Positions 13,300-28,044 of a stretch of DNA of 64,000 nt are shown here, one piece after another. The stretch is from Bigelowiella natans CCMP2755 (lineage: Eukaryota > Protista > Cercozoa). Under the pieces are notes generated by a model. That model was not told the DNA's origin and did not search any database. It saw only the letters and a list, made by a program, of their open reading frames with translations. The number at the start of each line of letters is the position of its first letter. The stretch's first letter is position 1. Both the position numbers and the translations under genes were made by a program. The stretch lies in contig ADNK01002641.1 in the NCBI GenBank assembly GCA_000320545.1, forward strand, positions 1 to 64,000, read 5' to 3'.

Positions 13300-14258
13300 A
13301 TTTGGAGAACGGTGTGAATACTAACAGTCGTATGGCTCCGTCGTCCTCTACGGCTTCTTGTATGCCGTGATGGTCTCTCTCCATGAAAATTTTCCAATTT
13401 CTATGTGGAAAATTATGTATGAAAAATAAGCATGGAATGAGCTAATTGTTCTAACGGCGTTTGTAGCAAATAAAACTTTATATAGGAAAGCGAATATAGA
13501 TTTCATCTCTGATATGACATGACAAACCACTTATTGTAAACAAATAGAACGATATCATTTGTATTGAACTAGAAAATTGAGGCAAACATGCAATTTTCAT
13601 TTGTTTTGCAGAAGTGCCGCTGCTGTGAATTACCTTAGCTGCTGATACAAGAAAGGCACAAACAATAGCAACTGCAAAGAAGTCCAGCTATTGTTCGAGG
13701 ATAAGATCATTAAACTTACAGGTAATGATCCTTTTCGCTCATTCCCAATCCCATATTCAATAGAAACTTCACCATCATTCCCAATTCCATGTTCAACAGC
13801 AACTTACCATTATCGGAGCTCGTGTGAATAGAATCTGTTTTCCCCACAAAATATGTTTGGTTCAGTTATAAGAAATTAATAATTCTCGAAACGATAGGGC
13901 AGATAATAAAGTACCTTCAAATAACACGGCAACCTTGAAATGGTGCAAATATTGATGGCCTTCAAATATGAGATGAGCGTTTAGACGTTACATTCTCGAT
14001 GGAGAATCGATTTTTATTCGATTTTTACTACGTTGAAGCAAAGAGCAGCTGTAGCCAAAATGATGACGACTCTCTTCATTTCGGTTAGCGTGGATATTAT
14101 CTGAACAATTCCGACCTAAAAAGATGTACATATTTTTATTTTAGAGCACATGTCTACTTGAGGGGAGCAAACTCCTTCATTTATCTTCTCATCACCATGA
14201 AAGTAATGCCAATGATGGTGAGCGAGATGGTGAAGACTGCTACATCCGCTGCCTGCAT
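13300..14258 (-). CDS. Small multi-pass membrane protein (hypothetical), many short exons
   Basis: MQAADVAVFTISLTIIGITFM|VGIVQIISTLTEMKRVVIILATAALCFN|...|ILFTRAPIM|...|LDFFAVAIVCAFLVSAAK with GT-AG borders; 3' end uncertain. Confidence 0.45.
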
Positions 14259-15246
14259 GGTAACTGTTTCTATGCTGTTGTTGGTTCTTCTTGCCGTCGC
14301 AGCTCTTCCCCTTCACTGTGGTGTGTGTCCTGTCATATCACATACGTTCGGGTCATGTGTCAGTGAGAGACGAGAGATGATAGAGAAGTTATAGAGCCAT
14401 TGTAGTTTACAAAAGCGACTTCGAGTATTTGTTGTCGCAGGAGAAGAATATCGCTTTGTTGCAGCTGAACTCTCATGTGTCATCTGGAGTTTCGTCTGGA
14501 GTTTCGCGCTTCGGTATCCTCTGTAGTTCTCGGGTGGAAACTGGAGAGAAAGAGATCCATTCCTGCAATGCGACAATCTCCATCAGATCTCGCGAGCAGA
14601 GACCTGCATGAACTTCCATAATTATCACATTTCTGAGTCGCCATATGAAAACCAAAGTGAATTTTGCTTTTTGCTCGTACCGATTTTCATTTTCCAGAAT
14701 AATTTGCAGCCATCGTGATGTAACTCCGGAGACTCTCCTGAAGAAAGTGATTTTCGGTCGCTTTTCGGAAGTATCCCGAGTACCCAAGAAATGAAAATAA
14801 GTTCCGAACCACTTCGACTATTGAGTATCGGTTCGCTAAAATTCGTCCAAATTTGAGTAAATCATCAGAAAAATTTTCCAAATGGCATCCTTTTCGCTTC
14901 AAATAGTCCACCGATTTCAATAGGTTAGAGTCTGAAACGTGCTACGGAAAGGGTCACGATTACTTGGAATGGGGCAACCCTAAGCTGATCTTACCCGACC
15001 CACCGTGCCTTCTTGCAACGAAAGTCGTGAATGCATCGAATTTAAAAATTATTTTAATGAGAGGGTAGAACATGGAGTACCTTGGGGTTTTTTCTTGAGG
15101 TGTGATTGACGGACGCTGATCGTGTGTCTCGTGTGTTCGATAATATCCATTTTTGTATCCTCTTTCCCTCGCAACTTCTAGCTAACTTGTTGAATATCAT
15201 AAGAGACTGATTTGGAGCCAAGACTCAAAACAAACGTCGCATCATC

Positions 15247-16476
15247 ATGCCAATGGACGTCGAAAGGGGCACCTGCGGAAGGCCAGCGTTAACCGATACG
15301 ACTGAAGGTAATTTAAAATATATGCAATCCAACCTCATCCTTCTATGAAAATCCTATTCAGCAATAATCATATCCGCGTGCATATGAGCAGATGCCAAAC
15401 GCGTATGCGCGTGGAAGTTGTTTGTCTTTGGCGTCTCCTTTCGGAGAGATTTACTTTTAAGATTTCTTTGCTTTGCCTGTGAGAATTACTGGAAGCTAAG
15501 ACGAGATTCTCAAGAAATGGTCTACTTTTCTGTTTGTAACAACACAATGGCAGACAAGGAGCCTGATGCAACCTCAAAATTGCAGTGCTTCTGGTCAAAT
15601 CCACGATTTCTGCGAGCCGGCAAGTTTGGCATTGGGGTCGTAGTTTTGTGCTTCGTTGTATTTGCGTGGGAGATGAAGCAGTACCGTTCGGTAAGTAGTC
15701 ATAATGCTGTTGTTAGCCATTCAACCATAGCTAATCAAAATTATTCTCACATTAACGTTTCCTCTCCTAAATCGAGCAGATGAGTGTATCGCCTCTCTGT
15801 GTTGTTCTTACATACATATATGTTACGTATTGTGGTGTTATGCATCATCCTTGAAGTACCGCTTTATTATGAACTGCCTTCCCTACTATAAGCCTCCTAT
15901 GCCCATGGCATTGGGTGTTGAGATGTAAGACTACAAGCCGCCCTGTTAATATCAACACGCATCATCCTTCTTACTGGTGAAGTTGTGCTTTGACGAAGTT
16001 TTCTCCCAACCAAACAGCATGACAGGAGCAGCATTCTATCTCATCACACAAAATTACGGCTTGTGGACACAACGATCGATTTTGCGATGTTGGCCTATTT
16101 CTTTGGATGTATGGTAATATGACAGCTTTCTTGGGAGAGAATTGATAAGCATGTAGATAAGGGCGGAATAAGACACACAACATATGGCAATAACTATCAA
16201 ATCGTCATTTATGAGAAACTATAGTATGTATATACACTCGTCATATAGAAACCATAAATTATTAAAATTTATATATGTATGTAGGGATATATTTTTTAAT
16301 TATTTAGATCTGATGTGATAAAGTTTCTCGCGTGTGCGTGTGTTCGTGATTTTAATTTTGTTCGTAACCCGTGAACTAGGCCATCGTGTGCGACAAGTAC
16401 ATGGTACCTGCGACGGAAATGATCTGTGATAGGTTTTCTTATCGATAATCGTAATAATACTCTATCATGGAGAAAT

Positions 16477-16519
<43 letters not shown>

Positions 16520-16645
16520 TACATCTATGATAGGTTTTCTTATCGATAATAATAATACTCTATGATAGAGAAACTATACATATACTCTATGATTGAGAAA
16601 TTGGATATGTATCACAGATAGTGAGGAGAGAGAGGAGGGGGGGAG

Positions 16646-16688
<43 letters not shown>

Positions 16689-17369
16689 AGAGGTCCTTAT
16701 ATGTTAAAACTTAACAACGTGAGCAATATTTAATCTGCATATTATCGTTGCATATATTGGGCATGTTGCTCCTCCTCCTCCTCTCCCCTCCCTTCATTCC
16801 TTTTATCCATACACCACCTTATGATGATCATCACACCATGTATCTACTACCTATGATGATGATGGCTTCTTCTTCGATTCGATTAATACCTCTCTTGGAT
16901 TTACAGCATTGGGATCAATGATGACATAGCTGGGGTGACACTGCTAGGTTTCTCCAGCTCTGCTCCTGAGATCGTTATAAGGTGTGCCTTTATTATTACT
17001 ATTATTATTTATATTATTATTGTTATTATTGTTAGCTGTGAGAATCGATGATGTTGTTAATGGTGATGATGATTATGATGATGATGATGTTTCACACACC
17101 GTATATTTCCTCTATAATACCACTACTACTACTACTACTATCGTGTGATCATGGACCAACTTGTGTTGAATATTACTATAATAATACTACCGTGTTAGAA
17201 TACACTGTGGAACAGAACAGCCCATGCTTTATCATCATATAGCGTCCAGAGCTGCATCATCATTACCATCATCATCATCATCACCATCATCTTCATCACC
17301 ATCACCATCATCAAACGTTCCTTTGTGTGCTCCCTCTCAATTGCGCCTAAATTGACTCTTTGTCATCTT

Positions 17370-17400
<31 letters not shown>

Positions 17401-17696
17401 TTCTTAGCATTGTTGGGGTTATTCACCATGACTTTCGTGCTTCAATGAGTTGTGTTATGGGCTCCGGTAATAAATAATAATCCTACTTATTATTATCATT
17501 ATCATTAGTATTATTATCTCTGTTTGGTTTCTTTGCAATGCGTTAAGTCGTAGCCTAGAAATCACTTGCATTTACTATTACAAACAACGGAAACTTCAAT
17601 ACAATTCAGAAAGCAACACTTAGTAGGATAAACCATTTGTGTTATCATATTTACATATTATATGATATATATATATATATATATATATATTAATAT

Positions 17697-17733
<37 letters not shown>

Positions 17734-17829
17734 ATTAAGTTTGTAAACTTGTTGTGCGCATGTACATAAATTTTCACACACTAGAATTCCTCCTCCTCCT
17801 CCTCCCGCTGAATTGATGCCGTAAATGCA

Positions 17830-17860
<31 letters not shown>

Positions 17861-18345
17861 GGTCTTATCGGGTTTGGACTTATACCAGCTGTGTGCATAC
17901 TGGTAAGGATACAAGAGCTCAGAGCTCCGTTATTTTCTTCACTTTCATCGTCGCTTCATCATCATCATTTGCATATTATGATATACTCAACGTCGTTCAG
18001 TAGTAAGTAGTACTATCGTGGTAGTAGTAGTGAGTCAGTCAGTCGTCATTATGGAAGATGATAAAGCACTAGAGTTGTTACAATATGCCATTATTTACAC
18101 CATCATCATCATCATCATCATCGTGATCGTGGGGATTGATCTGTTGCAGATTATGTCGCCGATACAACTATGTTCTTTTCCAGTATCATCAATATAGATA
18201 AATATTGTCTAATATTGCGCTCATTTCCAGAGTGATGAGGCCAGTATCAACATTGTTTTTTTTTAAGGGGGTGAAAGCGTCTTTATCACCGCTGAAAGTT
18301 GATGAGTTCCCATTGCATCGTGACATGGTACGAACAAACACATAG

Positions 18346-18429
<84 letters not shown>

Positions 18430-18511
18430 TATTGATGTTTATACACACATGAATATTTTACAATACAAAGTGTCATCACCTCATATCGATTTACAAAATA
18501 TACAATATATA

Positions 18512-18555
<44 letters not shown>

Positions 18556-18937
18556 TTAACTATTGTTAGGCGGGCTATGCAATAATCCTCGCAACGACGC
18601 TTTTCTTCTGTGCAAGTGGCTCGGTGTCCATGCTCGAAAGCGGCATTCTAATCATGTTATGGTTTGTATATCTCCTCATCGTTGTGTCTTGTGTGGGTAA
18701 TGCCAATCGAGAAGGAGCAGCCAGTAATCATGGGGGGGGGGGGGGAGACGACAGGGAGAACATCGCACTGGTACTTGTCTTTATACAACACCATTAGTAG
18801 AAGGCCACGCGCATAGTAGTAGTAGTAGTGTCAAAGTTGTGATTTGTAAACTACTCAAGAGAGGGGGGTTAGGAGGGGTTTCTTTCATGCAACTACACGA
18901 TTGCTTATTGTTGTGTGTCTAAAAGTCCCAAGAGTGG

Positions 18938-18969
<32 letters not shown>

Positions 18970-19477
18970 ATAGCCTATTTGTTATTTCCCCTCCTTTCTC
19001 CCTCTCTCTCTCTCTCTCTTTCTCTGGCCTAGCATGTATTACGTGTATTTGGTGCATATGTTGTATGTTTTTCGATGGATTTAAAGATGATGATTGATTG
19101 ATGTTGCATGTTTTTCGATGGATTTAAAGATGATGATTGATTGATGTTGCATGTTTTTCGATGGATTTAAAGATGATGATTGATTGATGTTGCATGTTTT
19201 TCGATGGATTTAAAGATGATGATTGATTGATGTTGCATAACTGTCACGTACATCGTGTGTTTGGTGCATGTCCTCCGTTTTTCTTTTTTTTTCCCCTAAT
19301 AATCCAACATATTGGTGATATTCAATTTTGCTGGTGCTGGTGCTGGTGCTGTTATATATTTTATGTGCGAAGATGCCAGATACATCACGCCCAAAGAGGT
19401 CATCATCCATTTACGACAACGGTATCGAGAATAACATCGCTACCACGGAGGAGCCTAGGTAATAACATTCTATACTC

Positions 19478-19521
<44 letters not shown>

Positions 19522-19756
19522 TATGCACCCTGCACAGTGACATACTTCACACCTACTACTACTACTACTACTACTACTCTACTACTACTATGATATCCTT
19601 CTCTCTTATTGCCTCCTTCTTCTTCTTCTTCTTCCCCATGGATGATGGATCTGCTACTTGCTTTAGCTCCACGCCCACAACATCACTTGCTGCTGCTGAG
19701 AATCTCAAATACGGCGCTCTCGACTCCTACTACCAGGCAGGAAGCTCGCCGCAGAT

Positions 19757-19795
<39 letters not shown>

Positions 19796-20698
19796 ATATA
19801 CTGTTTTTCATGTATCGATGGTAATACGTATACTGAGACAGGACTTAAAACATATGACGAATTATACAACTACTTAGCGTTTTAGCTTCTATAATAAAAG
19901 ATATCCTCCTTAGGTTACCATGATGCATGATTGATTGAGGTTATTATAGTTGTGAATACGTAGCTTGAATATGATTCATAACTAGTATATAAATGGCTGC
20001 TGCTACTACAGGCCGAGGCAAACCATGCAAAGGCGGAGAAGAAAGAGACGAATAACGCTTCCAATCGGTGCTATGATATATATGTATGTATATTTATATT
20101 ATCTATCAAATGTTGTAATAGCAGCGCATAAATACGCGTCCTCCTCCTCCTTTTCCCTCTCCTCTTCCCTCTCCTCTTCCGTACTTCATCATTCACACAA
20201 AATTCATACCTCCAAATCATCAGCAACACTAGCTCCGCGAAGGGCTTCTCGAAGATATCTGCCTTATCGTCAAGATCAAAGCCAAACTGCGAAGGGATAT
20301 TGCCTGAAAAATACCGCAATGATGAGGATGAAGAAGAAGAAGAAGAGGATGGTGGCTCCGAGATGTTATTTGCTCCTTTCGACTGCCTTTTGTCGTATAT
20401 AATGCCCAATAATATGGACAAAGCAGATATGATGCTCAAGGATGAAGCTCAAGAGGGAGGGAGGGGGGCGAAAGGAGAAGGAGCAGCAGAGAGATCATTA
20501 TCTTCTTCTTCTTCTTCTTCATCACGATACTGCATGGGGTTGTGGACAACGGCGTACGTGCTTCTTATGTCGCTTGTGATTGTGGCAATTCTTTCCGAGT
20601 TCGTCATGGTATTTATAACGGATAATAACTACATTTCATTTAAGCTCTCTCTCTCTCTCTCTCTCTCTCCCTCTCTGCCTCTCTGCACACACACACAC

Positions 20699-20770
<72 letters not shown>

Positions 20771-21605
20771 GTATATATATATATATATATATACACATAT
20801 ATGCATAGAGATATAACCAAAAGAAGAAGTAGCAAGTGAGAGAGAAAAGACAAATTGGAAAAGGGGGGGGGAAGTGAGGGTGTGCTGAGTCCCATCAGCA
20901 ATATCATCATATCGAAGAATGATAGGAATTATTCATGCATTTTATATACAGCCATCATGTATATCATCATAATATGCACGTCTGTCTTGTCATATTTCAT
21001 CATCATTTTTATGGTAGGAATAACATCATTTCTTCTTTTTCTTCTTCCTCTTCTTCTTCTCACCTAAGATATTCTATATGTTCTATATAACACCGTTGTT
21101 TGTTGTTTGTTGGTACTCTTAAACAGGTCATAACATCACGTTTATCGGTTACTCTGGGGATCTCTAAGGAGGTCTCTGGAATTCTCTTCTTAGCAATGGG
21201 TGATGATGATGATGATGATGCTATCTGTTTTATTGATGATGATGATGATGATGCAGGAACAACACCTTGCTACGATGTTTTGATTTTAATGATGGTGATG
21301 TATTGTTAAGTGTCACATTCATGTTGAGGGAAGTTTGATGGTGATGTAGTGTTAAGTGTCATTCATGTTGGAGGGAAGTTTTGATGGTGATGTATTGTTA
21401 AGTGTCATTCATGTTGAGGGAAGTTTTGTGTGATTTAGAAAATAAAAAAACAGTTTAATATATCTCTTCTTTCCGCCTCCTCCGCATACTACATACTCTG
21501 CTCTCAGGAGCTCAAGTGCCTGACACAATAGAATCGTATAGTATGGCGAAGGCTGGTAAAGAGCTATCATATATCTTGGCATGTTCAACACTGATGAATT
21601 TTTTG

Positions 21606-21636
<31 letters not shown>

Positions 21637-21782
21637 ACACATACACGCACACATACTCCAGAGCTTTTTGATTATTTCATGGAGGATTTTCAAAATTTGA
21701 AGGTGGGTGGGGGTGCTGCCACTCTATATTAAATTAATCAATTGATAACAAGCCTCTCTCTCTCACTCTCTCTCTCTCTCTC

Positions 21783-21822
<40 letters not shown>

Positions 21823-21864
21823 TAGTGTTGAAAAGAGATTCTCACTCCTCCTCCTCCTCCTTTG

Positions 21865-21898
<34 letters not shown>

Positions 21899-21906
21899 TT
21901 CCCTAA

Positions 21907-21943
<37 letters not shown>

Positions 21944-22677
21944 TTCCCTACCAGGAAAAGCCAACGGAGCCTTATCAAACGCCTTTTCATCCCAAATTTT
22001 GAATATGATCGGCGGTATAGCGGTCCCTTACTTCACGTATACGTGCATTACAGGTAGAATGTAACAACTCGTAGGAAGAAGAAAAAGAAAGTGTATCGAA
22101 GCTATTGTCTTTTATTGCTTATAAATAACTCAGTATATTACTATAATATACAATTTGGTTATACAAATGATATATATAATATTTAAGGCAAAGAACTTAC
22201 CGTAAAGCTGTCACACACTTCCATCATGGGAATGGCGCTGGCTGCGACCATTGTCGGCATGTTGGGTTGTGTTGTGTGCAGTAGGACGCAAGGGAGAAGC
22301 GATGATAGAGGTACTACTATTGACAGCTTTACCAACACCCAAACATCTCGTAGTAGCTAGTAGTCGGAACATACGTGCAAATTCACAGGGATTGATTTGG
22401 TAGAGGTATGTGCTCTATATTTATTGATGCTTATTACTTTTTTACTTACTTATATTATATCTATCATCGATAGAGATCAATCTGCATTACTATCTTAGTA
22501 TTTATTACTTATCCTCTTTCCTCATGATGATTATAACGATGATGATAATGATATTATTTGGGATCATCAGCTCATCGCCCAGTGCTTCTAGGACGCAAGG
22601 CTGGGGGGGTTATTCTCGCCGTGTATTTGTTGTCGACTTCCGCATGTGTGAGTTATATAGAGTACAAGGACAGCTAG
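15247..22677 (+). CDS. Cation/Ca2+ exchanger (CaCA superfamily, NCKX/SLC24-like)
   Basis: Spliced exons give [16 protein letters not shown] (16380), alpha-1 repeat [21 protein letters not shown] (16908), alpha-2 repeat SGILFLAMG|[16 protein letters not shown]|[16 protein letters not shown] (21127-22050), an acidic cytosolic loop (20300) and a C-terminal TM ending YKDS* at 22677. Confidence 0.9.
19055..19237. repeat. Intronic ~43-bp tandem repeat, about 4 copies
   Basis: Unit tgcatgtttttcgatggatttaaagatgatgattgattgatgt. Confidence 0.9.
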
Positions 22678-23237
22678 AGGAGTGAATCGTGGCAATTGTT
22701 GTTGTTACCTTGAAGTAGCGCTAATAACATAGCTGCGTGACACACAGTGAGTGCTAGAGTATGTGCAATCATGCAATGAAAGTGTGACGGTCGCCGTCCG
22801 TCTGCGTGTAGTTAGATTACATCGGGGATTATGACGCCACATCATTGCATCGCTCATTCACAGCCGAACTGTGTCGCATCACGTTGTGCAAGTCTAGACA
22901 TGCATGCATGCGCTAGCATGCTATCGAACATGAGCTGCCGCATGTGCACGATTCTTTGTACTTATGAGGTGTGAGCAATTGTTTGTTGTTTGTCTTTCGC
23001 GTCATTACACCGTACATGGATTTACCGACTACTAAGCAAGAGTGTCATCTTGAAATAAACACACATGAATATTGTGCTATTATTGCATGTCTTTCAACGT
23101 GAAAGATTGTGAGCAGGTATCCGCGTATTGCCTGGTAATACAATTACATCATATCGTGTGGACCATTTAATACGTACGTGCGTGTATTATATACATGTGA
23201 AGCACCAATTCATTCAAATAGTAAAAAAGTGTAGAAT

Positions 23238-23785
23238 TTAAAAAATGTCATCCTCGATACCACCCAGACACGTTCTACCTGTAATAGATCTCGATGAGGA
23301 AAACAACGATGGAGTTGACGTCGATGCCAACGATGACGTCGTTATTGTTGAAGATGATGATGCGACAGCATCCTCAACCCACTTGATCCAAGCAGATATC
23401 ACCTTTATATACTTTGTATGTGTTTTGTGTTATTACTATGGTTTCTACTGATAACGACATAATAGAGAGCTAACAAGGCAATCATCAATAGGTGGTGCTT
23501 GTGTGTGTTTGTGTGTGATTGTATGTCTGCATTCTCATTCTAAGTACACGACGTACGCAGCCAACGATACTTAGTCATGTTTACTGATGAATGATATATC
23601 TCTACTTGATTTACCAAAATACAACAACTTAAGGAATACAAGAAAATCAACAACTTCAATTTCTACTACGACGAATAGTAGTAGCTACTATCACCAATAG
23701 CAGGAACCTACCTTTGTGGTAGGTTTGGTCTTTATATAGTATATCAACGCTCCCCATACCGCCTATGTTGTAGAATCATATGTGT

Positions 23786-23843
<58 letters not shown>

Positions 23844-24411
23844 CAACAACGATGACGATGACAAAAGAGGAAAAGGAGGAGGACACAATGATACATCTGG
23901 TGCTTTTATGCCCAGCAGCAGCACTTGTGACGCCATTCATTGCACTTGTTGTAAAACACATCGCTTGAAATATTGTTCAAAAATAATCCTGTATGTCGTT
24001 GTATAATGAAAATCTACATGGTAATGAAGATGATTGCAATGCCGATTAGATCATATATAAATATACGTTAGTAGTAGTAGTAGTAGTAGTAGTAGTAGCA
24101 GCAGTTGTTGTTGTTGTAGTAGTAGATAATAGTAGTAGTCGTATGTTGATTATATTCTACCAGCACTAGAAAGAACCCGTATCGAGGAGGAGGAATCTTT
24201 CAATAAATAATATCATAAAAGAACAACAAAGAGGACAAAGAATGCCATCATTATATATATCGTCGTCGTATATATTGAGGTAGTAGCGAAGTAATGATTT
24301 AATATTGATTTGGTGATAATTAATAAGTATAATAATGAGACTGAGAGTGATTAGAATACGTTGTTGTCTAGGTCCAAAATAGTAATAATTGATAATAATA
24401 ATACTAATCAT

Positions 24412-24488
<77 letters not shown>

Positions 24489-26450
24489 GGGGGGGGGAGG
24501 GATTGTTTGTTAAGGTATGAGAATGCAACTAGGTAGGTTATTTCATTCAAAACTATCAGCTACACGCAAGCAGCTCTTCATCATAAAGTCATCAATAGTT
24601 CTTAATATTAACATCGTAAAAGCAAAATAACATAAAAATAACCATTTCTGATGCGAACGACAGAACAAGTTTTTCCAGCATACAATCCTACTTGCACTAC
24701 AACAACTACTACTACTACTACTATTAGATTTTTAATTCCCCTTATCTTCTTCATCATCATCATCATCCTCACTTTCCTACCTGCTGGTGTTGCTGCTGAG
24801 AGGCATCGTCGTGATTGTTGTGATCATCATCGTCGTACATATCCATTCCAAGCTCCAAGTGAGTTCTATCTGCATTCTTTGGAAGAGTGATAGTAATAAA
24901 AGTAGAAATCATAAATAATAATATTAATATAATAATAAGGAAGGGTCGTGGTAGTTGTGGTGGTGGTTGAGAGGCTTTGATCCTATAATAACATCTACTA
25001 CAACAAAACACCGATAATAACACCTCTATAAGTAATACTATCATCAAGCATTGGTTATATTTCTCTTTCACCACCACCACCATCATCATCAACACAATTA
25101 TCATTATCTTCTTCATCTTCATCATGAGTGCTGCTATTGATGACTAAAAATGTTTGAATCGATACGTTCTTTTTCCCTGCTGCTGCTGCTGTGCGATGGT
25201 GATTTTTATGGTTCCTACTGTTTTTCCTGAAAATATACCATAGTTGTCTTTGTTCAATGGTTGGTATCAACCAACAGCGAGCCTTCGCGAGTATGCAAAA
25301 AGTCAACTTATTCGCACTAGAGAAGGGAGGGAGAAGGAGGATGGGGAACTACTACCTTGTAGATTCTCCTTCTTCTTCTCCTTCACATTAAGATGAAGTA
25401 TTAGTCAATTGCGTCGTCCAGACAGAACACGTATTATTGTAAGTCGAGAGAAGAAACATTATGTTACGTGTATATATCGTTCAACAACATAAATAACAAC
25501 ATAAATAACAACATATTTGTATGCACAACAACAGATAGAGGTAGTTGCAGTAGTAGTACACTTGTTAATGATATAATAGCAGGAACTTAGAAAACCATGA
25601 TGATTTATTAGCAATATAGTAGTATTGTCATTCATTCGATGGCAAAATGTTGGTTGCCGTCTATAATAACAATACTAGTTGTACAGACTTATTTCTCTGA
25701 TATTGATTATGCTTATGAATGATAGTGATAATGAATTATTCTCCTTACCCCTAGTACTGGTGCTCATATTTACACCATTATTCTCCTGATCATCCATCAA
25801 TTCAATGCTTTCACTCGATGGATCTGCCAATTTTGCTGCTGATTACGGATACAGAGACATAATGACACCACGAATGTTTGGACACTAAATTTGATATTAC
25901 ATGATCGCGAGGTAAAATCAATATACATTATCATCATCATGATCATCATCATCATCATTATCGCCATCTTTGTCGTGATCAGGGAACAACAATAGTGCAG
26001 TATAACTTTCTCGATCTGCGCTCATAGAGCTCATTGCCGTTGTCGTTGCCGCTCTTTCTTTAGATAACCTCGGTGATGCTCCGATACCCTCTGTGTATGG
26101 ATGATGTGTCATGTGTGTCTGATGTCACTGCATTACCACCCCCATCCATACTAATTAGAAATAAACGGGTAGCATTTATCACGAGGTTAAAAACATGAAT
26201 AAATAAAATCCTTCAGGATTTGTGCATCATCGACATTGTGGAACAATATTTGCTATAACTGACATACCAGCCGTACTTGTCATCGTTATCATTAGCAGAA
26301 TAAGCGTAAGAAGTAGCTTGGGAGCAATGGAGGAGGACAAGGATGATGATGACGAAAGCGATGATGACGAAAGCGATGATGTCGATCGGGAGACAAATAA
26401 TGACAGTATGAATGATGATGTTGCTGTTGCGAACCAACTTATCATCACTG
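23238..26450 (-). CDS. Hypothetical multi-exon low-complexity protein
   Basis: Last exons AVWGALIYYIKTKPTTK|VISAWIKWVEDAV...GIEDDIF* (stop 23238) join in frame by GT-AG. Upstream exon-like segments lie at 24.2-26.4 kb; the 5' structure is unresolved. Confidence 0.4.
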
Positions 26451-26759
26451 CAGCCCTTCTCCCTCCTCCTTTAAATCCTCTTTTGGGCCTTCAGACGCTC
26501 GAAGTGGCTAGTGCTCTTGTAGTACAAGCGAGGAGTGGGGGGAGGATAAAGTGACGAACGCAGTTGTTTGCTTCTCGAAAGATGGCGCACGTGCGACAAC
26601 GGGATGAAAAAAAAAGAGAAGAATGACCTGCATTTTACCGCGAAAAATACGAAAAAAATCACTTTCTTTTTGTAAAGGATCAAGGCGAGTTGCTGGACGA
26701 ATCTGCCACACTTCCAAGGACTCCTCTCGAATGTGAGTCTGGGACCTGCCTCACCTGCC

Positions 26760-27660
26760 TACCAATCCTTCTTCTGTGGTTCTAACTCTGTTGAAACTAG
26801 ATTGTTGCTGGGTGCTCCTTCGGACGACCCAATCTCAGACCATCGTGTGGACATGGCCTTCAGGAGGTTCATTGTCAGAGCACGCACACACATTGCGTCG
26901 CAGTCACATTGAAGCTGGAACAATGAACATTGATGATGAATCGCACTTCCAAAGTGTTGCAAGACGTTTGCAGTGTGCGAAACGCAGTGCTAGTCACATT
27001 GCTTTGTGAGTGCCAAATTGCCAATTCTCAAATCGCTTGAGTGTGAACAAACTTTCGCGAAGCGTGTCAGCTTCTCAGCGACGACTTGTGCGTGGAACGT
27101 CGAAATCCAGGCCAGAAAGTGCACGAACACAAACCTGTCGCTCAATCAATTGTCGAGCACATTGCACGTCAGTCAGCACTGGAGCACGTCGATCCCGTGG
27201 TCCTTTTGGGTCAGTCCAGCAGTGACTCGCGGAATCACGTGCTGGGTCACTCACTCGTTCCTGGGTTCGTTTGTTCACTCACTTGAGTTCACTTGAGCAC
27301 CTCTGTTGACCCCACCAGTTCCTCGATTCGCTCGTTCAATCGTTCATCTTTTTGTTCAACCAGCATTGGAAAGACTTCGTTCGTTCACGCGGTTGAAGTT
27401 CGCTCGGATGTCCACAATCAGCAGCGATGATGAGTGCCCTCTGGCCCTCTGGCCCTCTGGCCCTGTCTCAGCTGTGGCCCACTGACCCGCACACGGTCGA
27501 CCCAATCGAGTCCGCCTGCCAATTTGGCGGGTTTCATTCTTGGCACGCTGCACGCCTGTGTTCAGTGGTTCACCGGGTGAAAGGTGAACTCAATGATGTC
27601 CAAGTGCGGGATCCTTCAATTCGCACCAGGAAGCAACATCGTGCACGTTTGGACGTGTGA
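26760..27660. repeat. TpA-depleted domain 3 containing fragments of a dispersed repeat family
   Basis: Almost no TA. 26805-26880 resembles the reverse complement of 44972-45046; 26944-26990 resembles 44801-44846 and the reverse complement of 62461-62507. Confidence 0.75.
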
Positions 27661-28044
27661 AACAGCACATATAACATGTGTGTGATGCTACATGTCTGTA
27701 ATCAACAATGGTATTTTCTCCGCGTAAGACCTACAGACAAGGTAACCATGCTTCGTCGTACCACATAATGTGCATTTTGCGTTTGACCATGTACAATACA
27801 TGCTTGCATGATCGCTAGCTAGATGCTGCACGCTCACGTGTGCACGATAGACAGGATGAACGACTTTGCATTAGGATGGATTTTCAAAATGTTACAAGAT
27901 ATTTGCAAGGTAGAAACACAATGCCACGAACTAACTATCTACGGGGCTCTACTTTCTTGCACGTCATTTTGGAAAGTGCATGTTGCATTCAGCAGGAAGT
28001 ATGGAGATATCTACTATATACAAGCAATCACACGCATTGACGAG

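Noticed and set aside
19055-21430. CRISPR-like arrays suggested by regularly spaced 25-45 bp repeats (also at 50030)
   Set aside because: Head-to-tail units without unique spacers, inside eukaryotic introns, with no cas genes.
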